DNA of 64,000 bases from Marinosulfonomonas sp. (GTDB taxonomy: Bacteria > Pseudomonadota > Alphaproteobacteria > Rhodobacterales > Rhodobacteraceae). The position numbers were made by a program, and so were the translations under genes. Numbering within the stretch: the stretch's first letter is position 1; every line of letters begins with the position of its first letter. Below, piece by piece: positions 40,356 through 50,637 of the stretch. The DNA lies in contig JAWSVK010000018.1 of the NCBI GenBank assembly GCA_033851955.1, positions 1 through 64,000 on the forward strand. Direction: 5' to 3'. The notes beneath the pieces were generated by a model. That model had not been told where the DNA came from. It ran no database searches and worked only from the letters and a program-made list of their open reading frames with translations.

Positions 40356-40417
40356 GTGTTTTCCTTAACTAAAATCCACAGCCCGATTTACGCGCCTTAT
40401 GGCACTGAAACCAACAG

Positions 40418-40503
40418 TGGTACCCGCGGCCGGGCTCGAACCGGCACGGCCTTCCGGCCCAGAGATTTTAAGTCTCTTGTGTCTACCATTCCACCACGCG
40501 GGC
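40418..40503 (-). tRNA. tRNA-Leu (anticodon UAA), 86 nt including the encoded CCA
   Basis: Manual fold: acceptor GCCCGCG; D-arm GTGGAATGGTAGAC; anticodon stem-loop AGAGA-CUUAAAA-TCTCT; long variable arm GGGCCGGAAGGCCGT; T-arm GCCGG-TTCGAGC-CCGGC; then ACCA. Close to E. coli tRNA-Leu(UAA). Confidence 0.85.
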
Positions 40504-40638
40504 ATTGTTGGGCGGGTTAAATGCAGGCGCGACAATAGCGGCTAAGTCGCCAAGAGCAAGAGGCATTCGAAGGCCGACATGCAATCAACAATGCTGGCAT
40601 CAATTTTGGCCAAAGGCGCAGTGCCCAAATAACGCCAA

Positions 40639-41181
40639 TCAGAACTTGGAGAGATTGTCGCTCATGATCCGTGCGACCCGTAAAAACGCTTCTATATCTT
40701 GCGGATCACACCCTTGAATCAGCTGTTCTTCACGCTCAAGCGCGGTGGTCAAAATACGCCCGTGCAAATCGTATCCGGCGGCGTTCAGCCACCAGTTTTT
40801 CTTGCGAATGTCCAAACTGACGATCTCGCTTTCCACAAGATTTGCCTCAGACAACTTGAGCAAGGCGCGGCTGACTTGCCCCTTGTCGGTCGAAATGACT
40901 TCGCCAATGCGCACGGCGGGAATATTTGCCTCGATGGCAAGCATCGACATAACGCGCCATTCAACAATACCAATGCCGAACTGCTCTCGATATTTTTGTG
41001 ACGCGCCGCGCGACAATGCATTGTTGATCGAGCTTAGGAAACTTGGGATATAACCGTCCAGATCAATAACCGTGCGGCCTTCAACCTGTTTGACAGATGT
41101 CGACAAACGCCCCTTTGGACATGTCAGATCACCCGCAGCGGAACGTTCATTATCTGGCTTCACGTGGCTTCCATCTGGCAT
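40639..41181 (-). CDS. MarR-family transcriptional regulator
   Basis: Winged-HTH MarR pattern. 180 aa. Last gene of the P450 operon. Confidence 0.65.
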   Translation of the reverse strand: MPDGSHVKPDNERSAAGDLTCPKGRLSTSVKQVEGRTVIDLDGYIPSFLSSINNALSRGASQKYREQFGIGIVEWRVMSMLAIEANIPAVRIGEVISTDKGQVSRALLKLSEANLVESEIVSLDIRKKNWWLNAAGYDLHGRILTTALEREEQLIQGCDPQDIEAFLRVARIMSDNLSKF

Positions 41182-41185
41182 CGAG

Positions 41186-41509
41186 TCAAAGCTGACCTTC
41201 GGGGATAGACACCATTATCCCATCCAGTTTTTCAGACAGCTCGATCTGACAAGACAAACGGCTTGCAGGCTCACGTTCAGTCACAGTGCAGTCGAGCATA
41301 TCGTCTTCCATGTCCGACACTTCGCCCGTTAATGTCAACCAATTGCCCTCGACAATCACGTGGCAAGTTGCACAAGACATCGACCCGCCGCATTCCGCAA
41401 CAACCCCCTCAATGTTGTTGGCTTTCATGGCCTCCATCAGGCTCAGACCGGGTTGAGACTCAAATATCTGCTCACTTTCGTTTTCATTTTTAACGATGAA
41501 TCGCACCAT
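41186..41509 (-). CDS. [2Fe-2S] ferredoxin, putidaredoxin/adrenodoxin type (P450 redox partner)
   Basis: Cys motif CGGSMSCATCHV ... C. Start taken at MVRFIV, whose ATG shares one nucleotide with the P450 TAA stop (TAATG). Confidence 0.75.
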   Translation of the reverse strand: MVRFIVKNENESEQIFESQPGLSLMEAMKANNIEGVVAECGGSMSCATCHVIVEGNWLTLTGEVSDMEDDMLDCTVTEREPASRLSCQIELSEKLDGIMVSIPEGQL

Positions 41510-42741
41510 TATGCTGTTCCCTTTTTGGTAAGTTTGATTGGTAGACTTGCAAGTGAACGGATCGAGTTTCCGGGCCGCCATTTTGCCGCCCCCGCAAATT
41601 CAATCCTGTCGACTTGATTTAGGAGTGCCGCCAAAACCGCCCCCACTTCGGCCCGCGCCAGATTTTGGCCAACGCAGCCATGTACCCCAGCCCCCATGCC
41701 CAAGTGGCCCTGCACCTGACGGGTGATGTCAAAACTGGCGGCATTGGGCCAGTGGTTTTCGTCGCGGTTGGCCGCACCCAGAACACAAAGGATTTTTGTG
41801 TCTTCTTGGATTTTCACGCCGGACACGTCGGTATCAATATCCGCCGTCCGACAGAATGAATGCACTGGCGAAGTATAGCGTAACACCTCTTCAAAAGTTG
41901 CGCGTGCCAACTGCGGGTTTTGTTTCAAAACCTCAAATTGATCCGGATTTTCAGCGAGACAGAACAACAGGTTACCAATACCAGTCACTGTCGTATCGAC
42001 GCCGGCCGAAAGCAAGGATCGCACCAAAAGCGCCGCCTCTCGGGGCGTGATGTCCCCACTGTCGGCATAGGTATAAACCCCTGCCCCGATGCCATCTTCA
42101 TGCAGGTTCTCGCGCTGACATTGCTCGGTGATCCACGGCACAACCGCGCCTTGGACAGACAGGGCCGCGCGCCGGATTTCATTATCAGGCCCCAGCGCAT
42201 CAAACACCATCGCGCCGTAGTCGATCAAGGCGCGGGCATTGAGCTCTTTCATTCCCAAAATCTTGGGGAAAACGGTCGTGGGGTAAACCTCGGCCAAATC
42301 AGCCACCGCCTCAATCGTACCCTGCGCAACAACGCGAGCGACCATTTCATCGGCGATAGATTGGAACACCTCAGCCTTTTCGCGCATCACCTTTGGCGAC
42401 AACGACTTGGCCATAACCCGGCGTACACGGGTGTGGTCCGGCGGGTCCACCTCAAGAATAATGCTGGCCGGACGCCACGGTTCAGCCAGCTTAAAATCCA
42501 CCAGTCCAACACCGCGCGACGACACGAAACGCGTGCTGTCGCTAAAGACCTCTTTGGTCTCATTGTAGCGCCCACAGGCCAAAATGGCGTATTTCGGAAT
42601 ATAGGTAAATGGACCTTTGGACCGCAGCTCCTGATAGAACGCGTTGGGGTCAGCCAGAACCGTTTCGGCATAGGGGTCAATGTCCCAAATCGGCACACCA
42701 CTTGGTGGCTCGATCGCAATGTGACCTTCAATCATTCCCAT
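41509..42741 (-). CDS. Cytochrome P450 monooxygenase
   Basis: Heme-binding loop FGAGVHGCVGQNLA. EXXR motif (EEVLRY). I-helix AGVDTT. Start at MGMIEG with a GGAG RBS. The longer track ORF start is rejected. Confidence 0.85.
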   Translation of the reverse strand: MGMIEGHIAIEPPSGVPIWDIDPYAETVLADPNAFYQELRSKGPFTYIPKYAILACGRYNETKEVFSDSTRFVSSRGVGLVDFKLAEPWRPASIILEVDPPDHTRVRRVMAKSLSPKVMREKAEVFQSIADEMVARVVAQGTIEAVADLAEVYPTTVFPKILGMKELNARALIDYGAMVFDALGPDNEIRRAALSVQGAVVPWITEQCQRENLHEDGIGAGVYTYADSGDITPREAALLVRSLLSAGVDTTVTGIGNLLFCLAENPDQFEVLKQNPQLARATFEEVLRYTSPVHSFCRTADIDTDVSGVKIQEDTKILCVLGAANRDENHWPNAASFDITRQVQGHLGMGAGVHGCVGQNLARAEVGAVLAALLNQVDRIEFAGAAKWRPGNSIRSLASLPIKLTKKGTA

Positions 42742-42773
42742 GGAATTTTTCTCCGTTTTAAGTGTTTCGGCCC

Positions 42774-44078
42774 TTAGCCGAACATTGAGTTTGGTATAAA
42801 TAATGCGATCTGCGGAAAGACGATCAGCAGCACCAAAGCCACAAACATCGCCAGCCAAAAGGGGAATACCCCCCTGAAAATGGTCGACATTGGCACACCG
42901 GGCGCGATGCCTTTGACCACAAAGACATTGATGCCGACGGGCGGCGTTATCATGCCCATTTCGATCACGATAACGGCGATCACCCCGAACCAGATCGGGT
43001 CATATCCAAGGGTCAAAATCACCGGATAAACAATCGGAATCGTAATCACGAGCATCGAAAGCGCGTCCATGAACATGCCCAAGACCACATAGGCCAACAA
43101 GATGACAATCAGCGTGCCCGTCGCCCCAAACCCCAATCCGGCCAGCACATCATTCAGCCCCTGCGGGATTTGTGTGAACGCTAAAAATGGGCTAAAAATA
43201 CCCGCGCCAATGACAATCATATAGAGCATGGTGCTGGTTTTAACGGTCTCCAAAAACACCCCGTGAAGTGCGCTTACGCTTAACCGCCGCCCAATCAAGG
43301 CAAAAACCAACACAAGGAAAGCCCCGACACCTGCGGCCTCAACGGGGGTGAAAACACCTGCATAGATTCCACCGATCGAAATCATAATGACTGATATCAA
43401 AGGCGCCGCATCAATCAGCCGCGCAAAGCGTTCGCGCAGCGGCACAACGGCCCCGCGCGGACCAGCACTTGGGTCCAAAAATGTGATCAGCCCGATCGCG
43501 CCGATGAACAAAACAGTCAGCAAAATACCCGGCAAAATGCCCGCCATAAACAAGCGGCCAAGCGACTGTTCGGTCAAAATTGAATAGAGCACAAACCCCG
43601 TTGAAGGCGGAATAAGAAACCCAAGCGTGCCCCCCGCCGCCACCGATCCCGTGGCCAAACGGTCATGATAACCAAAGCGCTTCATCTCGGGGATCGCCAC
43701 CCGCCCGATGGTCACGGCCGTCGCCACGGACGACCCGCTCACCGCCGAAAACGCCGCACAGCCAAGGATCGAAGCCGAAGCCAGCCCGCCGCGAAACCGT
43801 CCGACCCACGCATAGGCCAATTCGTACAGCCCACGGCTAAACCCCGCCGCCGACGATATATTGCCCATCAAAATGAACAGCGGAATGACGATCAATGAAT
43901 AAGACGACACCGCCGAAAACGTCTCGGACGACAGCACAGCAACGGCAGACCTCTGCCCGTTCAACACCCATGTGCCGAAAAATCCAGCCGCCAACATGGC
44001 CATCGCCACCGGCACCCGCAGCCCCAACAACAGGAACATGCCGGCGATGCCCAAAAAGCCGATTGTAATATCCGTCAT
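42774..44078 (-). CDS. dctM: TRAP transporter large permease subunit
   Basis: About 12 TM helices in a DctM-family layout. Start at MTDITIGFLG, overlapping the dctQ stop (ATGA). Confidence 0.8.
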   Translation of the reverse strand: MTDITIGFLGIAGMFLLLGLRVPVAMAMLAAGFFGTWVLNGQRSAVAVLSSETFSAVSSYSLIVIPLFILMGNISSAAGFSRGLYELAYAWVGRFRGGLASASILGCAAFSAVSGSSVATAVTIGRVAIPEMKRFGYHDRLATGSVAAGGTLGFLIPPSTGFVLYSILTEQSLGRLFMAGILPGILLTVLFIGAIGLITFLDPSAGPRGAVVPLRERFARLIDAAPLISVIMISIGGIYAGVFTPVEAAGVGAFLVLVFALIGRRLSVSALHGVFLETVKTSTMLYMIVIGAGIFSPFLAFTQIPQGLNDVLAGLGFGATGTLIVILLAYVVLGMFMDALSMLVITIPIVYPVILTLGYDPIWFGVIAVIVIEMGMITPPVGINVFVVKGIAPGVPMSTIFRGVFPFWLAMFVALVLLIVFPQIALFIPNSMFG

Positions 44079-44584
44079 GGCTTGCCCCCCAATCGGGCCA
44101 ACAGCGCAACCAACTGCGCCGCAAGGATCACCGCATATAGCCCCATGCCAAATACGATCAGGCCATAAAACGGCCAAAGCGGGATGTTGATCATGTTGCT
44201 GGTGTCGTTAAATTCAAACGCGTCCAACGCCCGCGCGATATAGGATTTCACCAAGAACCCTAGAACGATGACGCCAATCACGCGGTATAAAACATCCGTC
44301 AAAAACCGCCCAAGCCTGCCCAAAACACTGTCCAGCAGATCAATCCGCACATGCGCATCTTGGGTCGTGCAATAAGGCAGCGCCAACATCACCGTGGCAA
44401 CAGAGGCCATCTCCAAAACCTCATTGCCCCCCGGAATTGGCGCGTTGAACGCATAGCGCAGGATCGCGCCGGCAAAGACAAATGTCATCATCAATGCCAA
44501 AACGGCGGCCGACACCGTCGCCAGCCAAACATCGACCCGCCCGAACCACGCCGGACAGGTCTTATTTTCATTTGGCAACGTCAT
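44075..44584 (-). CDS. dctQ: TRAP transporter small permease subunit
   Basis: 169 aa with 4 TM helices. Lies between dctP and dctM. Confidence 0.7.
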   Translation of the reverse strand: MTLPNENKTCPAWFGRVDVWLATVSAAVLALMMTFVFAGAILRYAFNAPIPGGNEVLEMASVATVMLALPYCTTQDAHVRIDLLDSVLGRLGRFLTDVLYRVIGVIVLGFLVKSYIARALDAFEFNDTSNMINIPLWPFYGLIVFGMGLYAVILAAQLVALLARLGGKP

Positions 44585-45580
44585 TTAGTTTTGCAACGCT
44601 TCAACGAAGGCCCGCGCATTCAGCCCCTCGGCCTCGGCGGCGCTGACAACATCTTCAATCACAACAGCGGATGCAGCGTCGAACTCGGCAACAGCTTCAG
44701 GCGTCAGGTCGATCCATTCGCGACCTTCCAACTCTTGGAACATCTTCTTGCCACGGGCCACGCCGCCCAATTGCACCGCATTGCCAATCAACGAAACCTC
44801 GCGGCCCGCCTTATCAAATGCGGCCTTATGCGCGTCCGACAAATCATTGTAGGCATCGCGGTTCATGAACAATGCAAACGGCGAGATCGAGCCATTCATA
44901 CCAGCTGTCACATAGTTTGCGACTTCGCCAATTCGAAAGGCATAGGTCGCCGTGGGGTCGATCAAAATCGCATCAATCACGCCGGTCTGCATCGCGTTAT
45001 AGATTTCCGGCACAGGCATCGAGATCGGCACAGCGCCCCAGCTCTCGACAACCATACCCGCGTTGCGCGATGGCACACGGATTTTCATACCCGCCACATC
45101 CGCCAAACTGCGCACCGGCTTTTCGCGGGTATAAAGAACGTTTTCGCCATTGGTCCAGATCGACAGCAAATGCACGCGCTTAAACTCATCTTGAATGAAT
45201 TCAATATTGTCCCAAATCGTTTGGGTCGCATCCTCTTGCGTGACGACACCCGGCAATTCAGTCATCAGCGTCATCGGAAATTTCGAGGCCGTGTAACCCG
45301 GCAGCCCAAACGTAATCTCGGCCACCCCGTTCAGCGCACGATCATATTGTTCGGTCGGATTGCCGCCAAGCGCGCCACCTGGAAACACCTTGATGGTCAC
45401 CTCGCCATTCGTTGCTGCGGTAATTTTCTCGGCCAAAACGCCGTAAACTTTTTCCTGATACGGATGCTGCGGCGGCAACCAATCGGCCAGTTTCATTTCT
45501 TGTGCCGTCGCCACGGTCGTGCTGGCGATTGCGGTGAAAAGGGCAGCATATGCCACCCGTTTGATTTGATTAATTTTCAT
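44585..45580 (-). CDS. dctP: TRAP transporter substrate-binding protein (DctP family)
   Basis: Signal peptide. DctP-family periplasmic binding fold. 331 aa. Confidence 0.8.
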   Translation of the reverse strand: MKINQIKRVAYAALFTAIASTTVATAQEMKLADWLPPQHPYQEKVYGVLAEKITAATNGEVTIKVFPGGALGGNPTEQYDRALNGVAEITFGLPGYTASKFPMTLMTELPGVVTQEDATQTIWDNIEFIQDEFKRVHLLSIWTNGENVLYTREKPVRSLADVAGMKIRVPSRNAGMVVESWGAVPISMPVPEIYNAMQTGVIDAILIDPTATYAFRIGEVANYVTAGMNGSISPFALFMNRDAYNDLSDAHKAAFDKAGREVSLIGNAVQLGGVARGKKMFQELEGREWIDLTPEAVAEFDAASAVVIEDVVSAAEAEGLNARAFVEALQN

Positions 45581-45634
45581 TGTGTCCTCCCATTCGGAAA
45601 GACTGAGGTAGCATAAACAAGTTGCTATGACAAC

Positions 45635-45646
45635 TTGCTATAGCAA
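45635..45646. promoter_or_regulatory. Perfect 12-bp palindrome TTGCTATAGCAA, with an upstream TTGCTAT direct half-site, in the dctP/putR intergenic region
   Basis: Read directly from the sequence (gttgctatga-caacttgctatagcaact). About 55-65 bp upstream of the dctP start. Confidence 0.3.
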
Positions 45647-45710
45647 CTAATTAAGCAAACTCAGGCAAACCCGCTGTCAAATTTGCCGCCAAACCTTCGC
45701 CAAACCTCAC

Positions 45711-46169
45711 CTAAAGAGAGCCCTCTTTGACCGCCTGCATCGCAACATATGTCGACGTGCTGGCCACATGCGGCAGGCTCGAAATCTTCTCACCCAGAAC
45801 CTCGCGATAGGCGGTCATATCCTTGACCCGCACCTTCAACAAATAGTCGAAATTCGCCGCCAGCATATGGCATTCCTCAATCTCGGGAACCTTACGCACC
45901 GCCGCGTTAAACGCCGACAAAGATTCCTCGCGGGTGTCCGAAAGACGCACCTCAACAAAGGCCACATGGTTCAGCCCCAAACGGATCGGGTCTAGCAAGG
46001 CGCGGTATCCTGTGATATATCTTTCCTTCTCAAGCCGCTTTAACCGCGCTTGAGTTGGCGACTTTGACAGCCCGATGCGCTGCGCCAATTCGGTGACGCT
46101 GATCCGCCCGTCTGCTGCCATCTCACGCAGAATCGCCTGATCAAAGGCATCCAGCTCTGAAATGTTCAT
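45711..46169 (-). CDS. Lrp/AsnC-family transcriptional regulator (PutR-like, divergent from putA)
   Basis: N-terminal HTH (LDAFDQAILREMAADGRISVTELAQRIGLS) and C-terminal RAM domain. Start chosen at the internal Met (MNISELD). Confidence 0.7.
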   Translation of the reverse strand: MNISELDAFDQAILREMAADGRISVTELAQRIGLSKSPTQARLKRLEKERYITGYRALLDPIRLGLNHVAFVEVRLSDTREESLSAFNAAVRKVPEIEECHMLAANFDYLLKVRVKDMTAYREVLGEKISSLPHVASTSTYVAMQAVKEGSL

Positions 46170-46293
46170 TTTTACCGCAAAATCAACCATTTTAAGTCCC
46201 TTTAACCGCATTTCGACGGGTTTTCGGTAAGATTAGCCTGAATTCATAGCGTAATAAAGATGTAATTGACCATCCTCACAGAAAGCTTCTGCC

Positions 46294-49200
46294 ATGCTCA
46301 GCGCTCATCGCCGAAAAATCGACGCCACCCTTCACGCAGATGAGGCAGGCACCGTCGCCAGCCTGACCAAAAGCGCGGCCTTAACGGCAACGACGCGCCA
46401 TCAAATCAGCGCCCGCGCCACTCAATTGGTCCGTGACATCCGTTCCTCGGCCAAACCCGGCTTGATGGAAGTTTTTCTGGCTGAATACGGTCTCTCCACC
46501 GACGAGGGCATCGCGCTGATGTGCTTGGCCGAAGCCCTGCTGCGGGTCCCCGACGCCAGCACCATCGACGCGCTGATCGAGGATAAACTTGCACCTTCAA
46601 ACTGGGGAAAACACCTCGGAAAATCCTCATCCTCCTTGGTCAACGCCTCGACTTGGGCCTTGATGCTAACCGGCAAAGTTCTGGACGAAGACGAGGCAAC
46701 GCCCAGCATCGCCAGCCACCTGCGCGGCGCCGTCAAACGACTGGGCGAGCCCGTCATTCGCACCGCCGTGGCCCGCGCCATGCGCGAAATGGGCCGCCAG
46801 TTCGTGCTGGGCGAGGACATCGTCAAAGCCATGAAACGCGCCCGCAAAATGGAAGACGACGGCTATACATATTCCTACGACATGCTGGGAGAAGCGGCCC
46901 GCACCGACGCCGATGCCGCCCGCTATCACCTCGCCTATTCCGCCGCTATCACCTCGATCGCCTCGGCCTGCACCCATGACGACATCCGGCAAAACCCCGG
47001 CATTTCGGTCAAATTGTCGGCCCTGCACCCGCGTTACGAAGTCGCCCAAAAATCACGCGTGATCGAACAACTTGTGCCCCGTGTGCGAGCCCTCGCGGGC
47101 CTCGCCAAATCTGCGGGCATGGGCTTTAACATCGACGCCGAAGAGGCCGACCGCCTATCCCTGTCGCTCGATGTAATCGAGGCCGTGTTGTCCGACCCCT
47201 CACTGGCTGGATGGGACGGCTTTGGTGTTGTCGTTCAGGCCTTTGGCCAACGCGCCGGCCCCACCATCGACTACCTTTATGCCTTGTCGCAAAAACTGGA
47301 CCGCCGCATCATGGTCCGACTGGTCAAAGGCGCCTATTGGGACACCGAAATCAAACTCGCCCAAGTCGAGGGGCTTGAGGGTTTTCCAGTCTTCACCCAG
47401 AAAACATCGACTGATATTTCCTACATCTCAAATGCCCGCCGCCTGCTGGGCATGACCGACAGGATCTACCCCCAATTCGCCACCCACAACGCCCACACGG
47501 TTGCCGCCATTTTAGAAATGGCAGATGGCGCCGACACCTATGAATTCCAACGCCTGCACGGCATGGGCGAACGCCTGCACGACATCGTTTTGCAAGCCGA
47601 ACAAACCCGATGTCGCGTCTACGCCCCCGTCGGCGCGCACCGCGACCTGCTGGCTTATTTGGTGCGCCGATTGCTGGAAAACGGTGCCAATTCCTCGTTT
47701 GTGAACCAAATTGTCGATGAGGACGTCGCCCCCGAAATCGTCGCTGCTGATCCGTTTGAATCCGTGTTCTCACCCAGCAATATCAAAACCGGGCCACAGC
47801 TGTTTTCACCTGAACGGCGCAACTCCAAAGGCTGGGACTTAAGTGATGTGCCAACGCTCCAGACCATTGAAGCTGCCCGCGCACCCTACCGGATAGCCAG
47901 CTTCACCGCAGGCCCTCTGATCAACGGCAAGTTCATCAAATCAAAATCCGTTCCGGTTGAAAATCCAGCCGATCACAGCGACACCGTCGGCCATGTTACA
48001 TGGGCCACCGCCAAAGACGTAGACACCGCTATTTCAGGCGCAAGGACATGGGATATTCCCGCCGCCAAACGCGCCGAAGTCTTGAATAAGGCCGCTGATC
48101 TGTATGAGCAAAACTTTGGCCAAATCTTTGCCATCCTATCACGCGAAGCGGGTAAAACCCTGCCCGACGCGGTTGGCGAAGTCCGTGAAGCCGTTGATTT
48201 CTTGCGCTATTACGCGGCTCAATCGCTGAACCACACACTCTCGCCGATCGGGTTGTTCACCTGTATTTCACCGTGGAATTTTCCGCTGGCCATCTTCAGC
48301 GGCCAGATTGCCGCGGCCTTGGCGACTGGTAATGCAACGCTGGCAAAACCGTCAGAACAAACCCCGCTAATCGCCCATTTCGCAGTTTCCTTGCTGCACA
48401 AAGCCGGTGTTCCAACCGGCGCATTACAGCTGTTGACAGGCGACGGGATGATCGGTGCAGCACTCACGTCCGATCCGCGTATCGGCGGCGTTTGTTTCAC
48501 AGGCTCCACAGCTACGGCGCTGAAAATCCGCGCAACCATGGCCGACAACCTTGCCCCCGGCGCGCCGTTGATTGCCGAAACCGGTGGGTTGAACGCGATG
48601 ATCGTCGACAGCACGGCCCTGCCCGAACAAGCTGTCAGCGATATCGTCATGAGCGCCTTTCAATCGGCCGGCCAACGCTGCTCCGCACTGCGTTGCCTTT
48701 ATGTCCAAGAGGACATCGCAGCGGGCATCACAAAAATGTTGCAAGGCGCGATGCAAGAACTGTCCGTTGGCAGCCCGTGGGATTTATCCTGCGACGTTGG
48801 CCCAGTTATTGACGACACCGCACGCAGTGCTATCGACACCTACATCGAGACCGCGAAATCCCAAGGTCGTTTAATCAAACAACTGCCCTGTCCAAAGGGC
48901 GGCTATTTCATTCCGCCAACCTTGATACGGGTGACGAGCATCGCAGATATGAAACGAGAAATCTTTGGCCCCGTGCTGCATATCGCGACTTTTAAAGCCA
49001 GCGAATTGGACCGTGTAATCAATGGCATCAACGCCACTGGATATGGGCTAACCTTTGGGCTGCACACCCGCATTGACGACCGCGTGCAATATATCACCGA
49101 GCGCGTAAACGCTGGTAATATCTACGTCAACCGCAACCAAATTGGTGCGGTCGTTGGCTCGCAACCCTTTGGTGGTGAGGGCTTATCAGGCACAGGACCA

Positions 49201-49710
49201 AAGGCAGGTGGGCCAGCCTACTTGACCCGTTTTCTAAAACATTCAGCGCCCCAGAACACAGGCAACGACGGCGTGCTTGATGTCACCAAAGTGCAAGACC
49301 TGATAACAAAAGCACGGGTTGAAGTTGAGCTTTCGGCCAGTGACCTCCCTGGCCCGACCGGTGAATCCAATCGATTGACCCATCAGGCGCGTCGGCCCGT
49401 TTTATGCTTAGGCCCCTCATCAAAAACCGCCGAGCAGCAGGCCAAATCGGTGCAGGAGTTGGGCGGCATTGCGGTGCTGGCCAACGGGCTTGTGCCCGAG
49501 GCGCTCAGCACCCTCACCGGGTTTTCCGCCGCCGTTTATTGGGGCGAAGCGAGCCGCGTCTATGTGCAAGCGCTTGCCAAACGTAACGGCGCGATCCTGC
49601 CACTGATCACGGGCGGCGTAACTATTGCGGACACCCAGTTGGAACGTCACACTTGCATCGACACGACGGCATCCGGCGGCAACGCGGCGCTGTTGGCCGA
49701 AGCTGGGTAA
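46294..49710 (+). CDS. putA: Bifunctional proline dehydrogenase / L-glutamate-gamma-semialdehyde (P5C) dehydrogenase
   Basis: 1138 aa. N-terminal PRODH barrel. C-terminal aldehyde dehydrogenase domain with catalytic motifs ETGGLNA and GQRCSA. Confidence 0.9.
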   Translation: MLSAHRRKIDATLHADEAGTVASLTKSAALTATTRHQISARATQLVRDIRSSAKPGLMEVFLAEYGLSTDEGIALMCLAEALLRVPDASTIDALIEDKLAPSNWGKHLGKSSSSLVNASTWALMLTGKVLDEDEATPSIASHLRGAVKRLGEPVIRTAVARAMREMGRQFVLGEDIVKAMKRARKMEDDGYTYSYDMLGEAARTDADAARYHLAYSAAITSIASACTHDDIRQNPGISVKLSALHPRYEVAQKSRVIEQLVPRVRALAGLAKSAGMGFNIDAEEADRLSLSLDVIEAVLSDPSLAGWDGFGVVVQAFGQRAGPTIDYLYALSQKLDRRIMVRLVKGAYWDTEIKLAQVEGLEGFPVFTQKTSTDISYISNARRLLGMTDRIYPQFATHNAHTVAAILEMADGADTYEFQRLHGMGERLHDIVLQAEQTRCRVYAPVGAHRDLLAYLVRRLLENGANSSFVNQIVDEDVAPEIVAADPFESVFSPSNIKTGPQLFSPERRNSKGWDLSDVPTLQTIEAARAPYRIASFTAGPLINGKFIKSKSVPVENPADHSDTVGHVTWATAKDVDTAISGARTWDIPAAKRAEVLNKAADLYEQNFGQIFAILSREAGKTLPDAVGEVREAVDFLRYYAAQSLNHTLSPIGLFTCISPWNFPLAIFSGQIAAALATGNATLAKPSEQTPLIAHFAVSLLHKAGVPTGALQLLTGDGMIGAALTSDPRIGGVCFTGSTATALKIRATMADNLAPGAPLIAETGGLNAMIVDSTALPEQAVSDIVMSAFQSAGQRCSALRCLYVQEDIAAGITKMLQGAMQELSVGSPWDLSCDVGPVIDDTARSAIDTYIETAKSQGRLIKQLPCPKGGYFIPPTLIRVTSIADMKREIFGPVLHIATFKASELDRVINGINATGYGLTFGLHTRIDDRVQYITERVNAGNIYVNRNQIGAVVGSQPFGGEGLSGTGPKAGGPAYLTRFLKHSAPQNTGNDGVLDVTKVQDLITKARVEVELSASDLPGPTGESNRLTHQARRPVLCLGPSSKTAEQQAKSVQELGGIAVLANGLVPEALSTLTGFSAAVYWGEASRVYVQALAKRNGAILPLITGGVTIADTQLERHTCIDTTASGGNAALLAEAG

Positions 49711-49893
49711 CATTGGTTGCGACGCCTAACGGCGTCGCCCCAAGCGCTTTGGCCCCGCTGGGCCCAAAGCGCTGATGCCTGCGGCGCAGGTATTTAAAGC
49801 AAGAAGAAGGGAGGAAAGTTTGCGCTTTCGTTTCATCACACAATCTAAATCTGCGCCCTTGACCCTGATAAGCGTATCGGCGAAGTTCTCTAT

Positions 49894-50637
49894 ATGTTTC
49901 CTATTCGTGATCACAACCCGTCCCTGAAAACGCCCTATGTCACCTATGCTTTGATGGCGGTGAATATTTTGGTGTTCCTGACCTATTGGTCCAACCTGCA
50001 TAACCCGCAAATCATCAACAGATTTTTCTATGATTGGGCGATGGTGCCCCAGTTGGTGACCGAAGGAGACCACTTTTATTCAATGATTTCGGCGATGTTT
50101 CTGCATGGCGGCTTTATGCATCTGGCCGGTAACATGCTGTTTTTGTGGATCTTTGGCGACAACCTAGAAGAACAACTGGGCCATGTGCGTTATCTGCTGT
50201 TCTACTTCGCCGTCGGCTTGGCCGCTGGCTTTGCACAAATTCTGGCTGATCCTTCATCGCCCGTACCAGTGGTTGGCGCTTCGGGCGCTATTGCGGGGGT
50301 GATGGGCGCCTATTTGCTCCTGTTCCCCAAGGCGAAGATTGACATCCTGATCATCATCGTGGTGTTTTTCCGAATCTTTCCTGTGCCAGCTTGGATCATG
50401 TTGGGCCTGTGGTTTGCGATCCAATTGTTCAGCGGCGTATCCATCAGTTCTGAGGGCGGCGGCGTTGCCTACTGGGAGCACGCAGGCGGATTTATTGCTG
50501 GAATGTTGTTCATTGTGCCGCTTTGGTTGCGGCTGGGCGGCACGACCTATTGGAACGTCAACCATGGCCACCCACCGCATCCTGATGCCAAATACGAACT
50601 CTCATCCTCCCGCATTCCCAGAATAAAGAGACGCTAA
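49894..50637 (+). CDS. Rhomboid-family intramembrane serine protease
   Basis: GASGAIAG(V)MG serine motif and a downstream His. Six TM helices. Confidence 0.75.
   Translation: MFPIRDHNPSLKTPYVTYALMAVNILVFLTYWSNLHNPQIINRFFYDWAMVPQLVTEGDHFYSMISAMFLHGGFMHLAGNMLFLWIFGDNLEEQLGHVRYLLFYFAVGLAAGFAQILADPSSPVPVVGASGAIAGVMGAYLLLFPKAKIDILIIIVVFFRIFPVPAWIMLGLWFAIQLFSGVSISSEGGGVAYWEHAGGFIAGMLFIVPLWLRLGGTTYWNVNHGHPPHPDAKYELSSSRIPRIKRR

Noticed and set aside
41509-44177. N-terminal extensions of the P450 (MAGDVCGF...) and DctM (MAVLWPDRIWHG...) track ORFs
   Set aside because: The internal Mets (MGMIEG for the P450, MTDITIGF for DctM) have RBS or ATGA-overlap support and match family N-termini. The extensions are non-homologous and would overlap upstream genes.
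44351-45616. 421-aa plus-strand ORF spanning dctQ and dctP
   Set aside because: Antisense to two genes with clear TRAP-family features. Arg/His-rich nonsense composition.
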